Notes under the pieces: model-generated | Told to the model about the DNA's origin: nothing | The model's database searches: none | The model's input: only the letters and a program-made list of their open reading frames with translations | Position numbers and translations under genes: made by a program | In this document: positions 1-12,356 of the stretch, piece by piece | How the letters are laid out: each line of letters opens with the position of its first letter | Numbering within the stretch: position 1 is the stretch's first letter | Assembly: GCA_965153355.1 (NCBI GenBank) | Contig: OZ231126.1 | Coordinates: forward strand, 23,994,001-24,058,000 | Length of the DNA: 64,000 bases | Reading direction: 5' to 3' | From: Flaccisagitta enflata | Lineage: Eukaryota

Positions 1-183
1 GTAGAATTTCAAAGCCAATATCGATTTCAATAGAAGCCTGAGAAAGTCCCACAACATTATTTGCTCGTAGAATGTTAATTTTATTGCTTATTGTCATTTA
101 GGTACAGGCTAGTGATTAAGTTTAACTTGATTGTATGAATTACATACTCAATAATCATCGTGAAGTCCTCTAAAATAAACTAG

Positions 184-317
184 TTTCAGTCGCGGAGACG
201 CGACTCTGTAAGCCACTTTTCGGTCGGTCCGTTGGTCGGTCCGTCCGTCCGTCACAAAATCACTTTTCGAGGTTTTACGCTCCTGCCTACCCGTCCGCGA
301 CGTACACGGCCTTGTTT
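184..317 (+). mobile_element. Family A HINE/Helentron-like non-autonomous element
   Basis: AGTCGCG..CGCGACT 5' hairpin, (GGTC/GTCC)n tract, CCTGCC.ACCCG..CGCGAC, GGCCTTGTT 3' end. Confidence 0.7.
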
Positions 318-854
318 GGAAGCGATTAAAATCAATAGTGATGACCCACGCTAAGCTAGCTTAAGCTAAATATCTTGAACCACAGGTTTTGACAGTCCCA
401 AGCAGCCACGGTAACCTAGTTATATGCATATACTTCCGCAACAACGATAGCTCAAGAAATTTATGTGCTCCGATGAACATGAAAAAGATGATCTATCCAG
501 GATGTGACAAAAGAACAATGAAAAGAGATGAAAAGACGGAGCCCAGGCTTAGCCCCGAGCAACATCGCCGGATAAGAGGGAGGAGTTAAAACGAAAACGC
601 TTTCGTTGACCCATATAGCAGATAAAAAAAAAACTTATTTCGAAACAATACTGGCAGTAAAACATGTTCAGGATGATGCCAGGAAAAAAGCGTATGAGTA
701 TTATCAAAAACGAAATAGGAAGATGCAAGGATCTGCGGTCTTTAGCTTTACAAAACAACTTTATCTATCAACTGATTTATAAGGTGGCAATGGTGACCAT
801 CGAATTTGGATTCTGGATGTTTCGAGTTGTTAAATTGCCTCTCAAACACTAATG

Positions 855-947
<93 letters not shown>

Positions 948-1050
948 ACGCCATGTCACGTCAGGTCCATTCCTGTCATAATTCTCGACGCCCACCCTTT
1001 TAAAGCAACTTTCACATTTTCACTCTTGTGTAGCCGTAGGGAGTACATAG

Positions 1051-1570
1051 CAGTAGATCTGTCTAGACTTGAGATAACGGCAAGCATTGTGGAGACATTG
1101 AACGAAGGGCATATTCTGGCAGACTAACCAAAGATGCTTAATTCATGATAGCTGGCTGCCATGGAAACACATTTTGTATTCTCGTTATATCAATATTTTG
1201 AGAGATTTTGCTGAACATTGTTAAAATAGTACAACTTTCCCACAGTATGTTCTGTAAAAATATTCCTCGTTTGGCTGTTGCTAGAGCGTATCCATGTGTG
1301 ACAACCCCTAGCAACCGCTAAACGAGCTTGCATACTCTCAGAACCATACTGTGGGAAAGTTGTAGCAAATTTTTGCCAATATTCTAAAAAATCTCTCAAA
1401 ATATTGATACTTTTGCGAGAATACATGGCAATGTGTTTCCATGGCAACCAGCTATCATGGGCAATAAAGCATCCCCTTATTAGTCTATGTTTGAAATATC
1501 ACTCCCCTGGCTTCATTTATTTTTCTACAATGCTTGCCCCCGTTATCTCAGGTTTAGACGAGATCTACTG
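1051..1570. mobile_element. Fold-back (near fully palindromic) MITE, Tc1/mariner/pogo-like ends, copy 1
   Basis: CAGTAGATCTGTCTAGACTTGAGATAACGG ... CCGTTATCTCAGGTTTAGACGAGATCTACTG-TA; arms of about 245 bp are imperfect reverse complements around a short loop. Confidence 0.85.
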
Positions 1571-1644
1571 TACTATACTGCTGTAGACGCAAGACTACTT
1601 GTCCGTGCCCGACCGCGCGAGGATATGGGTGTTTGTGTTTAAGT

Positions 1645-1891
<247 letters not shown>

Positions 1892-2011
1892 GGGTCATTT
1901 CTGTCACTATGTAGGTCTGTATTCACCCGTTGTGTTATTCTATTCTATATCTATCCCTGTAGCGGATTTGTTTTCGTCGGTCTGTCTTTCAGTCTCTCTC
2001 TCTTTCTCACT

Positions 2012-2093
<82 letters not shown>

Positions 2094-2963
2094 GTTATTC
2101 AACGCTGACCTTCACATCCATCCCCTTCCTTCCTGCCTCCTCCTCTTTTTCCCTCCTCCTCATCTTCATCTTTTTCTTTTTCTTTTTCTTCATCTTTCCT
2201 TCTCTTCTTTTTCTTTTTCTTTTTCTTTTTCTTTTTCTTTTTCTTTTTCTTTTTCTTCTTTTCCTTCTCCTTCTTCTTCTTCCTCGTCTTCATCTTTCCT
2301 TCCTCGACCTACAATCGGCATCACAATTCTGGCCTGGATTCTCGATTCACGGTCACCTTTCCTTCATGCAGCTTCGTGTGGGACTCTTTGAGAAGGCCGC
2401 CTCTTCTTGCTTGTCGGGCGGAGAACTCACAGGCAATAAAACCATAAACTATTCTCCGCCTGTCAAATCGGCGGTTACGTCGGCCGGTTGGAACTGCCGG
2501 TCGATTCGCCGGTCGACTCGTCGTCGTCGGTTCGCTCGCCGATTCATTCACCAATTCCCTTTCTCTTGTCGGGAATTTCTGTCTCTGACTCGGTCTCAAT
2601 CTCTGTCTCTGTCTCTTTCTCCTCGGCTTCTAATCCTCGAATTCCCTACGCGTTTTTCGTGGTCAGCAGGTCGGTCTGTCGGTGGGTTTTCGTCGAAAAT
2701 TCACGCCACGTCAGCGATTCAATCGGTCTGCTGGTCTGTCGGTCCGTTGACCTTAGCGTTCAATACACCACAGCGTCAATCATGGTTCGGTCAATCGATC
2801 GGTCATCAAGGAAACGTTATACGATTGGGTCACTCTTCAACATGGATACAGAGATGCCATTAATTTTCCAGATGGAAGAACAAATCTCGTTTCTTTTAAT
2901 AAAAGAAAGAATGGTCATGTTAATTTCAACGAGATAATTTGAGCAAGCTTTCTCACCTACGCT

Positions 2964-3067
<104 letters not shown>

Positions 3068-3108
3068 GAGGTTGTTGTTGTTGTTATTGTTTCTGATTTT
3101 GTTTAAGA

Positions 3109-3278
3109 CTAGCTAGCATTAACGTCAAATCCCCATTTCATCAAAGTCTTCCAAACGTAACAGACGGTCTTTCGATTTTCACCACCAACTCCAAAATGGT
3201 TCCCGTGTGGAGTGGAGAATAAAGAGGGCCAGTAAGTGGAGGCAGCTTCCTTTGCTACAGGGCCAATTTCACCATCAT
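3109..3278 (-). CDS. Exon 10 (probable terminal coding exon): NDGEIGPVAKEAASTYWPSLFSTPHGNHFGVGGENRKTVCYVWKTLMKWGFDVNAS*
   Basis: Acceptor cttaaatcacag|, phase 1, open for 55 codons to TAG. An internal donor and further exons cannot be excluded. Confidence 0.55.
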
Positions 3279-3964
3279 CTGTGATTTAAGAGGATATTGG
3301 GGATGTTCAGGGGGGGGGGGGGTGGGATTGGAAATGATTGTAGGATAAAAAGTTCGTACAGTTCGTAAAATCAAATCAAATGGGGTTTGATGTGCTAAGG
3401 AATGGAGCGGAGGTAAAGGGGGAGGTTTGGGTCGTGTGGTGACAGAACTCGACGCACGTTGGAAAATGGCGTTTGGACTTTCAATGGCCTGTAAATGGGT
3501 CTGGCCCGGATCAACCTAAGGGCTAAATGGGCTTAGCCCAGGGGCCTCGCGCTTTTAGGGGCCTCGCGCCCTGAGGGGAAGAAAGGAGAAAGGAGAAAAA
3601 ATAAGGAAAAAAAAAAAAAAAAAAAAAAAAGAGAAGAAAAGGAAAGAGAAGAAGAAGAAGAAGAAAAATAATGAAAGAAAATTCCCTTGTGTGAAAGCAT
3701 AGGTCATCAACCCCTTTGGGGCTGCTGCCCAAAAGTCGTTTCTTTTGTTTGTACCACAGCTTTGGTTGTGCTGGCATGGAGCAATACAGGATTAAAATGG
3801 CCTTTTGTAAACTATCTGCATTATCAATGGTTTCTTAATGAGGTTTGCGCATTATTCTTTTTTTGTAAAATCAAAACACTAACCAAAAGATGATGCATGG
3901 CAAAAGCCTTGATTTTAGGATGCTTGAGCTTATGCGTGTGACAGTGCATGTTATCCATTCTAAG

Positions 3965-4630
3965 CTATGCCGGATCAACATATAGGCTAAAAAAGCTATA
4001 GCTTAGGGCCCCGCGCCTCAGGGGGGCCCCGCGCCTGCAGCACCTACCCCTAGAAAAAAAAAAGAGTAAAAAAAAGAAAAAGAAAGATAGAATAAGAAAG
4101 AAAGAAAGAAAAAAATAATCGCAAAAACATTACATGGTCAGCGGTACCCGATGCCCCATAGCTAGTGTATGAGGGGAGGGCCTGATTTGGGGTCTGAGAG
4201 GCCAACTTTGGTGTCAGAAAGGTCTGATTTAGGGTCTGAAAGGCTTGATTTAGGGTCTGAGAAGCCTGTTTTTAGGCTAGGGGGGACATACATAGGCCGG
4301 AAACCGAAGAAAATTGCCCTTTGTGGAATCATAGGCCATTGGCCCCTCCGGGGCCGCTGCTCAAAAAGGAAGATGATATGCTTCACTGTAATGGTGTTGT
4401 CATATTTTGTTGTTTCATCTGTTTTAAGTTCTTTAAATATGTCAATTTTAGGCAGACAGGAAGCATGCTAGATAAAATTTTAATCGACTGGTTTGGAGTT
4501 ATTGGGTAAACGGGGGGGGGGGGAAGGCAAAGAGGGGGAGGGCTAGCAGGGTGAGCAAAGAGGGGGGGAGTGAGGGGGCCCCGCGCCCCTAGCCTAGCTT
4601 AGGGCCCCGCGCCTTGTTGATCCGGCTTAG
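3965..4630. mobile_element. Related hAT-type element nested in the previous one
   Basis: TIRs CTATGCCGGATCAACA / TGTTGATCCGGCTTAG; perfect 8-bp TSD ATTCTAAG (3957-3964, 4631-4638); GGGCCCCGCGCC subterminal repeats. Confidence 0.85.
4134..4367 (-). mobile_element. Truncated family B element inside the inner hAT element
   Basis: TGGTCAGCGGTACCC ... 21-bp repeats ... GGGGCCGCTGCTCAAAAA. Confidence 0.65.
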
Positions 4631-5382
4631 ATTCTAAGCATTTTTGTTGTATGTTACATGATTCTAAAAGCTACTTTATGATCTGTTGGTCCATCGGTTT
4701 GCCAATTCCGTCTGTTCGTCCGTCACAACTAACATGAAAGGCATTTTTTTCAATTTTTTCACACTTTTGAACATAAAAGAATACTCTGGGAGGTGGAGAC
4801 CGCTTATTCAAAGGTCATTTTGAAAATTCCAGTCTGACTGTCTGTCCGATCTTTTATGAAGATGCCAAAACATGCGACTTGGGTCTAATGACCTTGTTAT
4901 AATCATAGCAGGCTCAATCTTTGAAGTCTCTAAATAAGCACAACTTATAAGAAAATTCCTATGTTTGAAAATACTACATTTTGCTGAATGAACAATCTTA
5001 GAATTTTACATGTTTCTCTCTGTTTAGATTCGAGCCTAAGAGGACTGGCTTAGGGTCTCAGGGGGAGACAGTGTATATGGGAAAGTGCAGACAAAGATAA
5101 GGAAATAACCCCGTTTTTTACAGAAAATTGGCCCTTTGGGGCTGCTGTCAAAAAAACAATAGCCAGTACAGAGAAGATTATCTCAATAGTGGACTTGCTC
5201 TAATAGGGGGGGGATGGCTTGGCCGCTGGGGAGGGGGCCTCGCTCCCCAGTTAGCCCAGGGCCTCGCAAATGGTTGATCCGGCCCAGAAATGGGTGTGAT
5301 AAAAGGATCTAAGAGATGGTGCCCCCAATTAGTGATTCATTGGCTTTGAATACACTATCTGATTGTGGATTTCATCGCTTAC

Positions 5383-5501
5383 TTTGCTTGCATATTGCGC
5401 GAAGATTATGAATTCTTCTCCCGTTTCTGCCGTCGACGAACCAGTTTTGAACCTTCTTAGTTTCCAAATTTGAACAACCAACGGTTTTTACAGACGTTTT
5501 T
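5383..5501 (-). CDS. Exon 9: KTSVKTVGCSNLETKKVQNWFVDGRNGRRIHNLRAICKQ
   Basis: Strong acceptor tttcttttttcatttcgcag|, donor A|GTAAGC; 119 nt, phase 2 to 1; unique sequence between two transposon stacks. Confidence 0.7.
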
Positions 5502-6182
5502 CTGCGAAATGAAAAAAGAAAAAGGCCGGACACACGACCAATTAACAGTTGCTTGCGGGTGGGCAGAGGAAGTACCAAGGGTGGGCAGAAGCAATAATGC
5601 AAGTGTGCAGGTACACAGAATTCACTTTTTTGGCCGATTTAACTCCAAAATTTCGCGTTACCCACCTTTCAGCCAACAGACCAGGGGCCAGTAAAGGAAT
5701 GCCGGGCCCCTATACAATCAAAAAATCCGCCCCCCCCCCCCCCCATTCCCCTTTCTTCTTCCGATTTTCGCTCAAATGCCAGCCCGATGATACCAAATGC
5801 AGTTTTTGAAGATTTGTTTTCAGTTTCTATAAATTCATTATGAAGAACAAAATTCAAACCAGTAGAGGAGGGATTTAAGCAAATAACCAGACTGGACCTT
5901 AGAAAAAAAGTAATACTGGTTTTTTTGGTGGTTTTGCACTGTACATAGGTTGTACTGAGCTAAGATAAAAAGTTGACTGAAAAATTATTCACGCAAAGCG
6001 GTTGGTTGGGATGTTTGTAGGACATATGAAAAGTGCGAAATTTCGCCAAAATCGATCTTTTAAAAATAAAGAAGTAGATACAAAAATAGAAAATAAACTT
6101 TGTTTTTGAAGTAAAAACTTCATATCAATACTTAGCTAAGACATACTTTCATGTCATGATGTCATCTTATGATGTTCAGGTT

Positions 6183-6748
<566 letters not shown>

Positions 6749-7175
6749 GTCTCTTTCTCTTTCTGTCTCTCCCTCTCTCCCTTCCTTCTCTCTTTCACTC
6801 TCCTGTTTTCCCCTCCCAAAATCTTCAACTTACGTCCTGATATTCACAATTTATAGCTCTGTCAATTCTTTTCTTCACCAACACAAATGTAAAAAATGTT
6901 CAAAAAAAGTTCAGTTGGCAGTCAACTGCCAGTGCATAGTAATCAATACTACATAACGGTAAAATTCCTAAAGAAATTAGCCAATGGAAACAAAGTGAAA
7001 TTACAGCAACTCCTATGTTCTTCGGGAGAAGTTTTTGCGCTTGCTGACAAAGATGAAAATCATATTGAGAAATTCTATTTGGGATCTACTCATCCCAAAA
7101 ATTCAACCTTCATGCGATACTATCGCCATGATGGAAAACTTGAAGAAGTGCGACTTGACAATCTTATGCAGGTAA

Positions 7176-7890
7176 TTTTTTAAGTTGCATGCACGCAACT
7201 CAATCCGCTTTGTCAGTTGGTTGGTCGAGTGGTGGATTGGTCGGTCAGTTGGTTGGTTGGTCAGTCCACATTTTACTTTTTTGGGCAGCGGCCTTGAAGG
7301 GGTCAATGACCTATTCTTTCACACATGTGGGGATTTTCTCCTTCTCCTTCTCCTCCTCCTCCTTCTCCCTCTGTCTGTCCCCCCCCCTAGGCTTGAGGCT
7401 CGAATTCCAGTCCTGAAACCCAAATCCCAGCCTCATAGCCCAAATCCTAGCCTGGAGGCCCAAATCCTAGCCTTGAGGCCCAAATCCTAGACTGAAGGCC
7501 CAAATTTCAGCCTTGAGGCCCAAATCCCAGTCAAGACAGGCTAGGATTTGGGCCACGAGGCTGAGATTTGGGTCTCAGGACTGGGATTCAAGCCTTGAGC
7601 CTGGGGAGGGGGGGAAAGGATGGAGGAGGAGGAGGAGAAAAAGAAAATCACCCATATGTGTGAAAGCATAGGTCATTGACCCCTTTGGGGCCGCTGCCCT
7701 ACTTCCCCTTCAACTTTAAGCACAACCTACTTAGGCAGGGCACAGGTACCGCTGACCATCTAAAGCTTTTGCGACTATTTATGATTTCATTCTTTGACCT
7801 CACTGCTCCTGCCTAAATGGTCAAGTACCTCAAATATGACCCCTACCCACCTGTACGCAACTTTGGTGGCCGTGTATCCGGCCTTGTTTT
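7176..7890 (+). mobile_element. Family A element containing a family B insertion
   Basis: Colinear with the intact copies at 18526 and 20739 once 7277-7778 is removed. Confidence 0.75.
7277..7778 (+). mobile_element. Family B element (subtype with GACCTATGCTTTCACACA inverted repeat), central 21-bp repeats
   Basis: TTTTGGGCAGCGGCC...GGGGCCGCTGCCC inverted repeats of about 50 bp; 3' tail GGTACCGCTGACCA. Confidence 0.8.
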
Positions 7891-9507
7891 CTAAGAATCA
7901 GGCTATGCCTCCTACTTGATTTAGTTGTGCACTGTATAACCCGCTATATTGATTTATTGATAAGTCCATTGGTCTGTTAGTCTATCCTCAAGACTCAAAT
8001 CCCACCTTCGAGACCTAAATTCCACCCATGAGACCTAAATCCCAGCCTCTTGAGTGGGATTTGAGCCTTGAGGATAGGATTTGAGCCTCTAGGCTGGGAT
8101 TTGGGCCTTGAAACTGGGATTTGGGCCTTGAGACTGGAATTTGGGCGTTGAAGCTAGGATTTTAGTCAGTGGGGGACAAATGGACAAACGGACATACGGC
8201 CACTGCCCTGCTCCCCCCTCAACTTCAAGCACAACCTACTTAAGCAGGGCAATGGTGTGGCTGACCATCTAACAATTTTGCAATTTGCACTTTTTTGTGC
8301 CTTAGTTACCTTTTCTTTCACTGCCCTTGACCAACTGCATACAACTGGAGTAGATGTGTATCCAGTCTTTTTTTTGCTTTTTGTCATTATTCCAATAGAT
8401 TGGTTTTTTACCAGTCTAAAATTTGCTTTTTTTGTTTGAGATATGAAGATGTAAAAAATGAGATAGACGAGTCAACATTTATTGTTTATTAAATCAGTTG
8501 ACGAGCTACTCCAGGACACCTCAATATCATAAGATGACATTTTAACTTGTAAAGATGTCTTAGCTAATTATTGATATGAAATTTATACTTTATATGCAAA
8601 GATTTTTCTGCTATTGTATTTATTTCCTGGTTTTTGAAAGGCCAATTTTGGCGAATTTTCGCCTATTTTTCATGTACTTACAAACATCCCAACCAGTAGC
8701 TTTGCAGAAATAATTTTTCAGTCAACTTCTTTTCTTAGCTTAGTACAGCCTATGTACAGTGCAAAACCACCAAAAAACCCAGTATTACAATTTTTCTAAG
8801 GTGGTTTTTGTTAAATCCCTCCTCTACAGTGTTGATCTGAGCACTTTGATCTGTGAGAAAAAAATCAGCAATGATAGAACCGTAAAATATATCTGCTAGA
8901 AAGATGCACCTATTCTGCCCTCTTCAGCAATCTGACCATAAGTTCGAGCAAAAAAAAAAAAAACAAATGCCTAACGGTGCTAGCAGCTAAGGGCCCGGTT
9001 TTGCATACTATTCCCGCAGCCCCAGGTGCCTAGGTCTATGTTGGGTCCATGACTTTTTTTTTTTCTTTTTTGTCCTTCTTTTTCTTTTCCTTCTTTTTCC
9101 TCTTTTTTCTTCCTTTTTCTTTTCCTTTTTTTTTTCTTTTTTCTTTTCTCTTTTCCCTACTTTTTCTCTTCATTTCTAAGACCATTCAGGGGCCCTCCGG
9201 CCCCCCCTGAGGCCCGGACCCCTAGAATTTGTCTAGGGTGTCTAGGCCTCTACAGGCCTCTGCAACAGACGGACACACCCTCTTATAGAATCGGTTAGCA
9301 AGCGAATAAAAACAAAATTATCGTTTGAGTCGGTTCGAGTCGGTTTGACTTCAATTTGAGTTGTTACGGATGCCAATGTTCGAGGATCAACTTCGTGGAG
9401 TTTTTGGGAAACGCGTGGATAGATTGCAGCATGACGCATGCGCGCGGTATAGAATGAAAACAAACAACCTCTCAATTGTGTTTAACGCACTCCGTAAGAC
9501 AACGAAC

Positions 9508-9571
9508 CCGTGAGGTTTTTCCAGTTTGATGTCCTTGCGTGGAATGAGGAAAGATTTAGACAACATCAACA
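9508..9571 (-). CDS. Exon 8: LLMLSKSFLIPRKDIKLEKPH(G); donor position uncertain
   Basis: Acceptor (CT)n...tttcttcag|, phase 1. Phase-2 donor GG|GTTCGT assumed. Alternatives are AG|GTTGTT at 9469, or no splice and a TGA at 9387. Confidence 0.65.
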
Positions 9572-9589
9572 CTGAAGAAAGAGAGAGAG

Positions 9590-9689
<100 letters not shown>

Positions 9690-10149
9690 AAGACCGGCTT
9701 GGGCAATGGTCGGTGGGCATTACTTGGGCATTCCATCACAAGCTTTAATCTGTCTCTGGACATTTTACGCCGCGGTTCCTCTGTCTTTATCTTCCTCCTT
9801 TGCCCTCTCTCACACTCTGACTATCCTCCCGTCTGTTTGACTGTCTGTTTGCGTTGCAGTCTTTCTAGATGTTGTTCCTCTCCTCCTATTGACATTTTCT
9901 ATTTCTTTCTGTCTGTCTCTCACCATCTCGCGCTCAGTATTGGTGAGCGCGTTTGTCAATTCATCTGGTTTTGTCCTCTTGTCTTATTCTATCATTCCTT
10001 CCGGTCTATCGCTTACTTTTTCTGTCTGCTTATAAAAATGGCAGTTTTCTGTCAGTCCGTCCTTGACTGTAATTCGTCTTTCTGTCTTTACGCCGTTTGT
10101 TTGGCCGTCATCATGGTCGTGTTCCTCTCCTCCCCTCCCTTCTACTCAC

Positions 10150-10248
10150 ATTGTTGCTCGTGGGTCAATTCTTGGTTGCTTTCGGTGAAGCGGAACATGG
10201 TCGAGGATTTCAATTGCATTCGTTGGCGAATTTGAGACAACTTTTTGT
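10150..10248 (-). CDS. Exon 7: NKKLSQIRQRMQLKSSTMFRFTESNQELTHEQQ
   Basis: Branch point TACTAAC then accattttcag| acceptor; donor T|GTGAGT; 99 nt, phase 1 to 1. Confidence 0.8.
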
Positions 10249-10436
10249 CTGAAAATGGTGTTAGTACGAATACGTGATATACCTAACTGCACACTTTACT
10301 GGTATATATAGCAAAACCCTTACCCCAGTGGCGTTATGTCTTGATCAAGACATGGGTCAGACGCAGACATGCGATTTTAGGGACATGTATGCACTATGCA
10401 TGTATCACAAATGCAAATTGTTCGATGAAAACTTAC

Positions 10437-10484
10437 TCAGCCCATTCAATTTCCTGGTGAGATTCCCCGTGCGATCAGTAACCC
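10437..10484 (-). CDS. Exon 6: GVTDRTGNLTRKLNGL (NLT sequon)
   Basis: Acceptor tctctctaagcag|, donor A|GTAAGT; 48 nt, phase 1 to 1. Confidence 0.75.
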
Positions 10485-10770
10485 CTGCTTAGAGAGATTT
10501 TGAAGTTGTCAAGATATGGAAAACACACAGGTCACACAGCCACCAAACAAAGAACACAATCTTCAACACAAACACTTAACCTAACGAAAACGAAAAAGTA
10601 AGCCGGGGTCACACTATCGTCGGGGGAGAAGATGAGGGGGAGAGGCAGAGTCAGAAATGCGCGTTTTCAAAAACTTGTGGATTACGGACAGACGGACAGT
10701 GCGATCAAAAAACAAAAACAAAAACAAATGAAAGCCAGGCAGAATTAAAACCATTTGACAATTTATTTAC

Positions 10771-10927
10771 CGTTGATGTAAGGCCAAAATTTTGCCAGAA
10801 GTTGTTCGATGGCATCGAGAGCGGAAGTGTCGGGACTTCTTGCAGCAGAAACGGAAGCGATCTCCACAGAAGACGCGCTGCTGTTTGACGGCGACAGGTT
10901 GGAAGGAGTCCCGGCGGATGCTGAAAT
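10771..10927 (-). CDS. Exon 5: ISASAGTPSNLSPSNSSASSVEIASVSAARSPDTSALDAIEQLLAKFWPYIN (Ser-rich stalk plus helix)
   Basis: Acceptor tttatcacaacag|, donor ACG|GTAAAT; 157 nt, phase 0 to 1. Confidence 0.75.
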
Positions 10928-11196
10928 CTGTTGTGATAAAGGTCGAAGAGGAAGAATTGGATTGATTTAACTTGAAGGAATTGCGTCATTAGAGACCGCC
11001 GAAACAAAATCCCAACGGTAGATCATTTCATTGCATTTGATTTGCGATAGCTCGTCTAGAGGCAGTTGTTTTCATAGATTTTGTTTTTATACTTCATTTA
11101 GTAAATGGATTGACCTGTCGTTGTCTTTTGATGAGGCCAAAATGGCTTAATGTAGTTTGACATGTTTAAAAATTTTCAACTGGTTCCTAACTTTAC

Positions 11197-11222
11197 CTGT
11201 CTTTTTGAACGCGGACCATGAC
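11197..11222 (-). CDS. Exon 4, 26-nt microexon: GHGPRSKRQ (R-X-K-R furin-type site)
   Basis: Acceptor cctccgtttgcag|, donor CAG|GTAAAG; phase 1 to 0 bridges exons 3 and 5 exactly. Confidence 0.7.
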
Positions 11223-11532
11223 CTGCAAACGGAGGATAACGGAGATAACGGGGATAACAATAATGACAAGGATAACAAGGATTAAAAGATTTATAACTAG
11301 GATGCCAACGATAGCAGTGTAACAAGGCCAAATATGTGACAAAATCAGTGTAGTAACTAGTAAGGATGGGAAGGGACGATATTGGCAAAATCTTCATCAT
11401 CTTCAGAAACTTTTATGCGTGATCGACAAATGAACGGTCGAACTGAGTGACTGATCGAAATACCATAGTAAGTAATCGCGTCCAATTAGGTTTGTAGTAT
11501 CGGAATCTAATTTACATGAATATTCTACTTAC

Positions 11533-11601
11533 CTCGTTGTTTGTTGATCTGTAATACCAAAAGTTTTATCTTGTCCATTCGGCGTTTGATCTCTAGCTTT
11601 T
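11533..11601 (-). CDS. Exon 3: EKLEIKRRMDKIKLLVLQINKQR (coiled-coil-like)
   Basis: Acceptor ...tctacatcacag|, consensus donor GAG|GTAAGT; 69 nt, phase 1 to 1. Confidence 0.8.
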
Positions 11602-11877
11602 CTGTGATGTAGACAGATGAGTAAGAAAATTAAGAGTAACACCCATTCTTTCGAAAGAAAATCACTCTCATAATAGCACGGGGCTCAACACTGTCGAAAA
11701 CTCTTAAGGTACAGAGGAGTTGAAATGTCATATTTTGGACGAGGTCGGATACCCGGTCATTACCAGACGGACAAACTGACCGACAGAGATGCGTTTCAAG
11801 TGGAAAGAGAAGCGTTCGTTGAACGGTCGAAAAAAATCAAATCAATTCCTCACCCTGGCTATTTCCGGGTATTCCAT

Positions 11878-11969
<92 letters not shown>

Positions 11970-12035
11970 TGTTATAATGTAACAACAAATTGCCCTTGCA
12001 TCCTGGACAAAGTTGCAATTTGTCTTTTGACTAAC

Positions 12036-12159
12036 CATCATTGATGAATTGGTCCTTGATGATGGTGACAGTGACGTAATTAGCGATGCACAAAGCCAAG
12101 GCAATGAGAGCGATCATTAGTAGAAGGCCCCCGCAGCAAATTGAGCACGCGGTTGCTCC
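12036..12159 (-). CDS. Exon 2: GATACSICCGGLLLMIALIALALCIANYVTVTIIKDQFIND (Cys cluster plus transmembrane signal anchor)
   Basis: Acceptor aaattcag|, donor G|GTTAGT; 124 nt, phase 0 to 1; clear hydrophobic helix. Confidence 0.8.
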
Positions 12160-12335
12160 CTGAATTTTTCGATGGGGGAGTAAGGGGAAATCCAGCAAAG
12201 GAGTTTTTAGTTTATGGCAGTCGCTAAAGCAGGAGAAAATCAATGTCGTCCAACCAACTGACCAACCAATCGACCGACCAACCTAACAAGCGACTGATAT
12301 TCGATATTTGGGTTTTGAGAAATTTTCACTCTTAC

Positions 12336-12356
12336 CTGATTTTTCGATGGTCGCAT
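12336..12356 (-). CDS. Exon 1 (coding part) of predicted type II membrane protein gene: MRPSKNQ
   Basis: ATG with A at -3 and an in-frame upstream TAA; donor CAG|GTAAGA, phase 0, matching exon 2. Confidence 0.7.

Larger units (their letters stand above)
3501..5287. mobile_element. Non-autonomous hAT-type element (outer) in intron 9
   Basis: TIRs CTGGCCCGGATCAACC / GGTTGATCCGGCCCAG; perfect 8-bp TSD AAATGGGT (3493-3500, 5288-5295); subterminal GGGCCTCGC repeats. Confidence 0.85.

Noticed and set aside
10771-10825. LLAKFWPYIN resembling the start of an SMP lipid-transfer domain
   Set aside because: The match covers only a few residues, lacks the preceding EWLN motif, and downstream exons do not continue an SMP domain.
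10771-11222. Single 452-nt pseudo-exon with four in-frame stops
   Set aside because: Better explained as exon 4, an intron and exon 5, which gives a stop-free frame.
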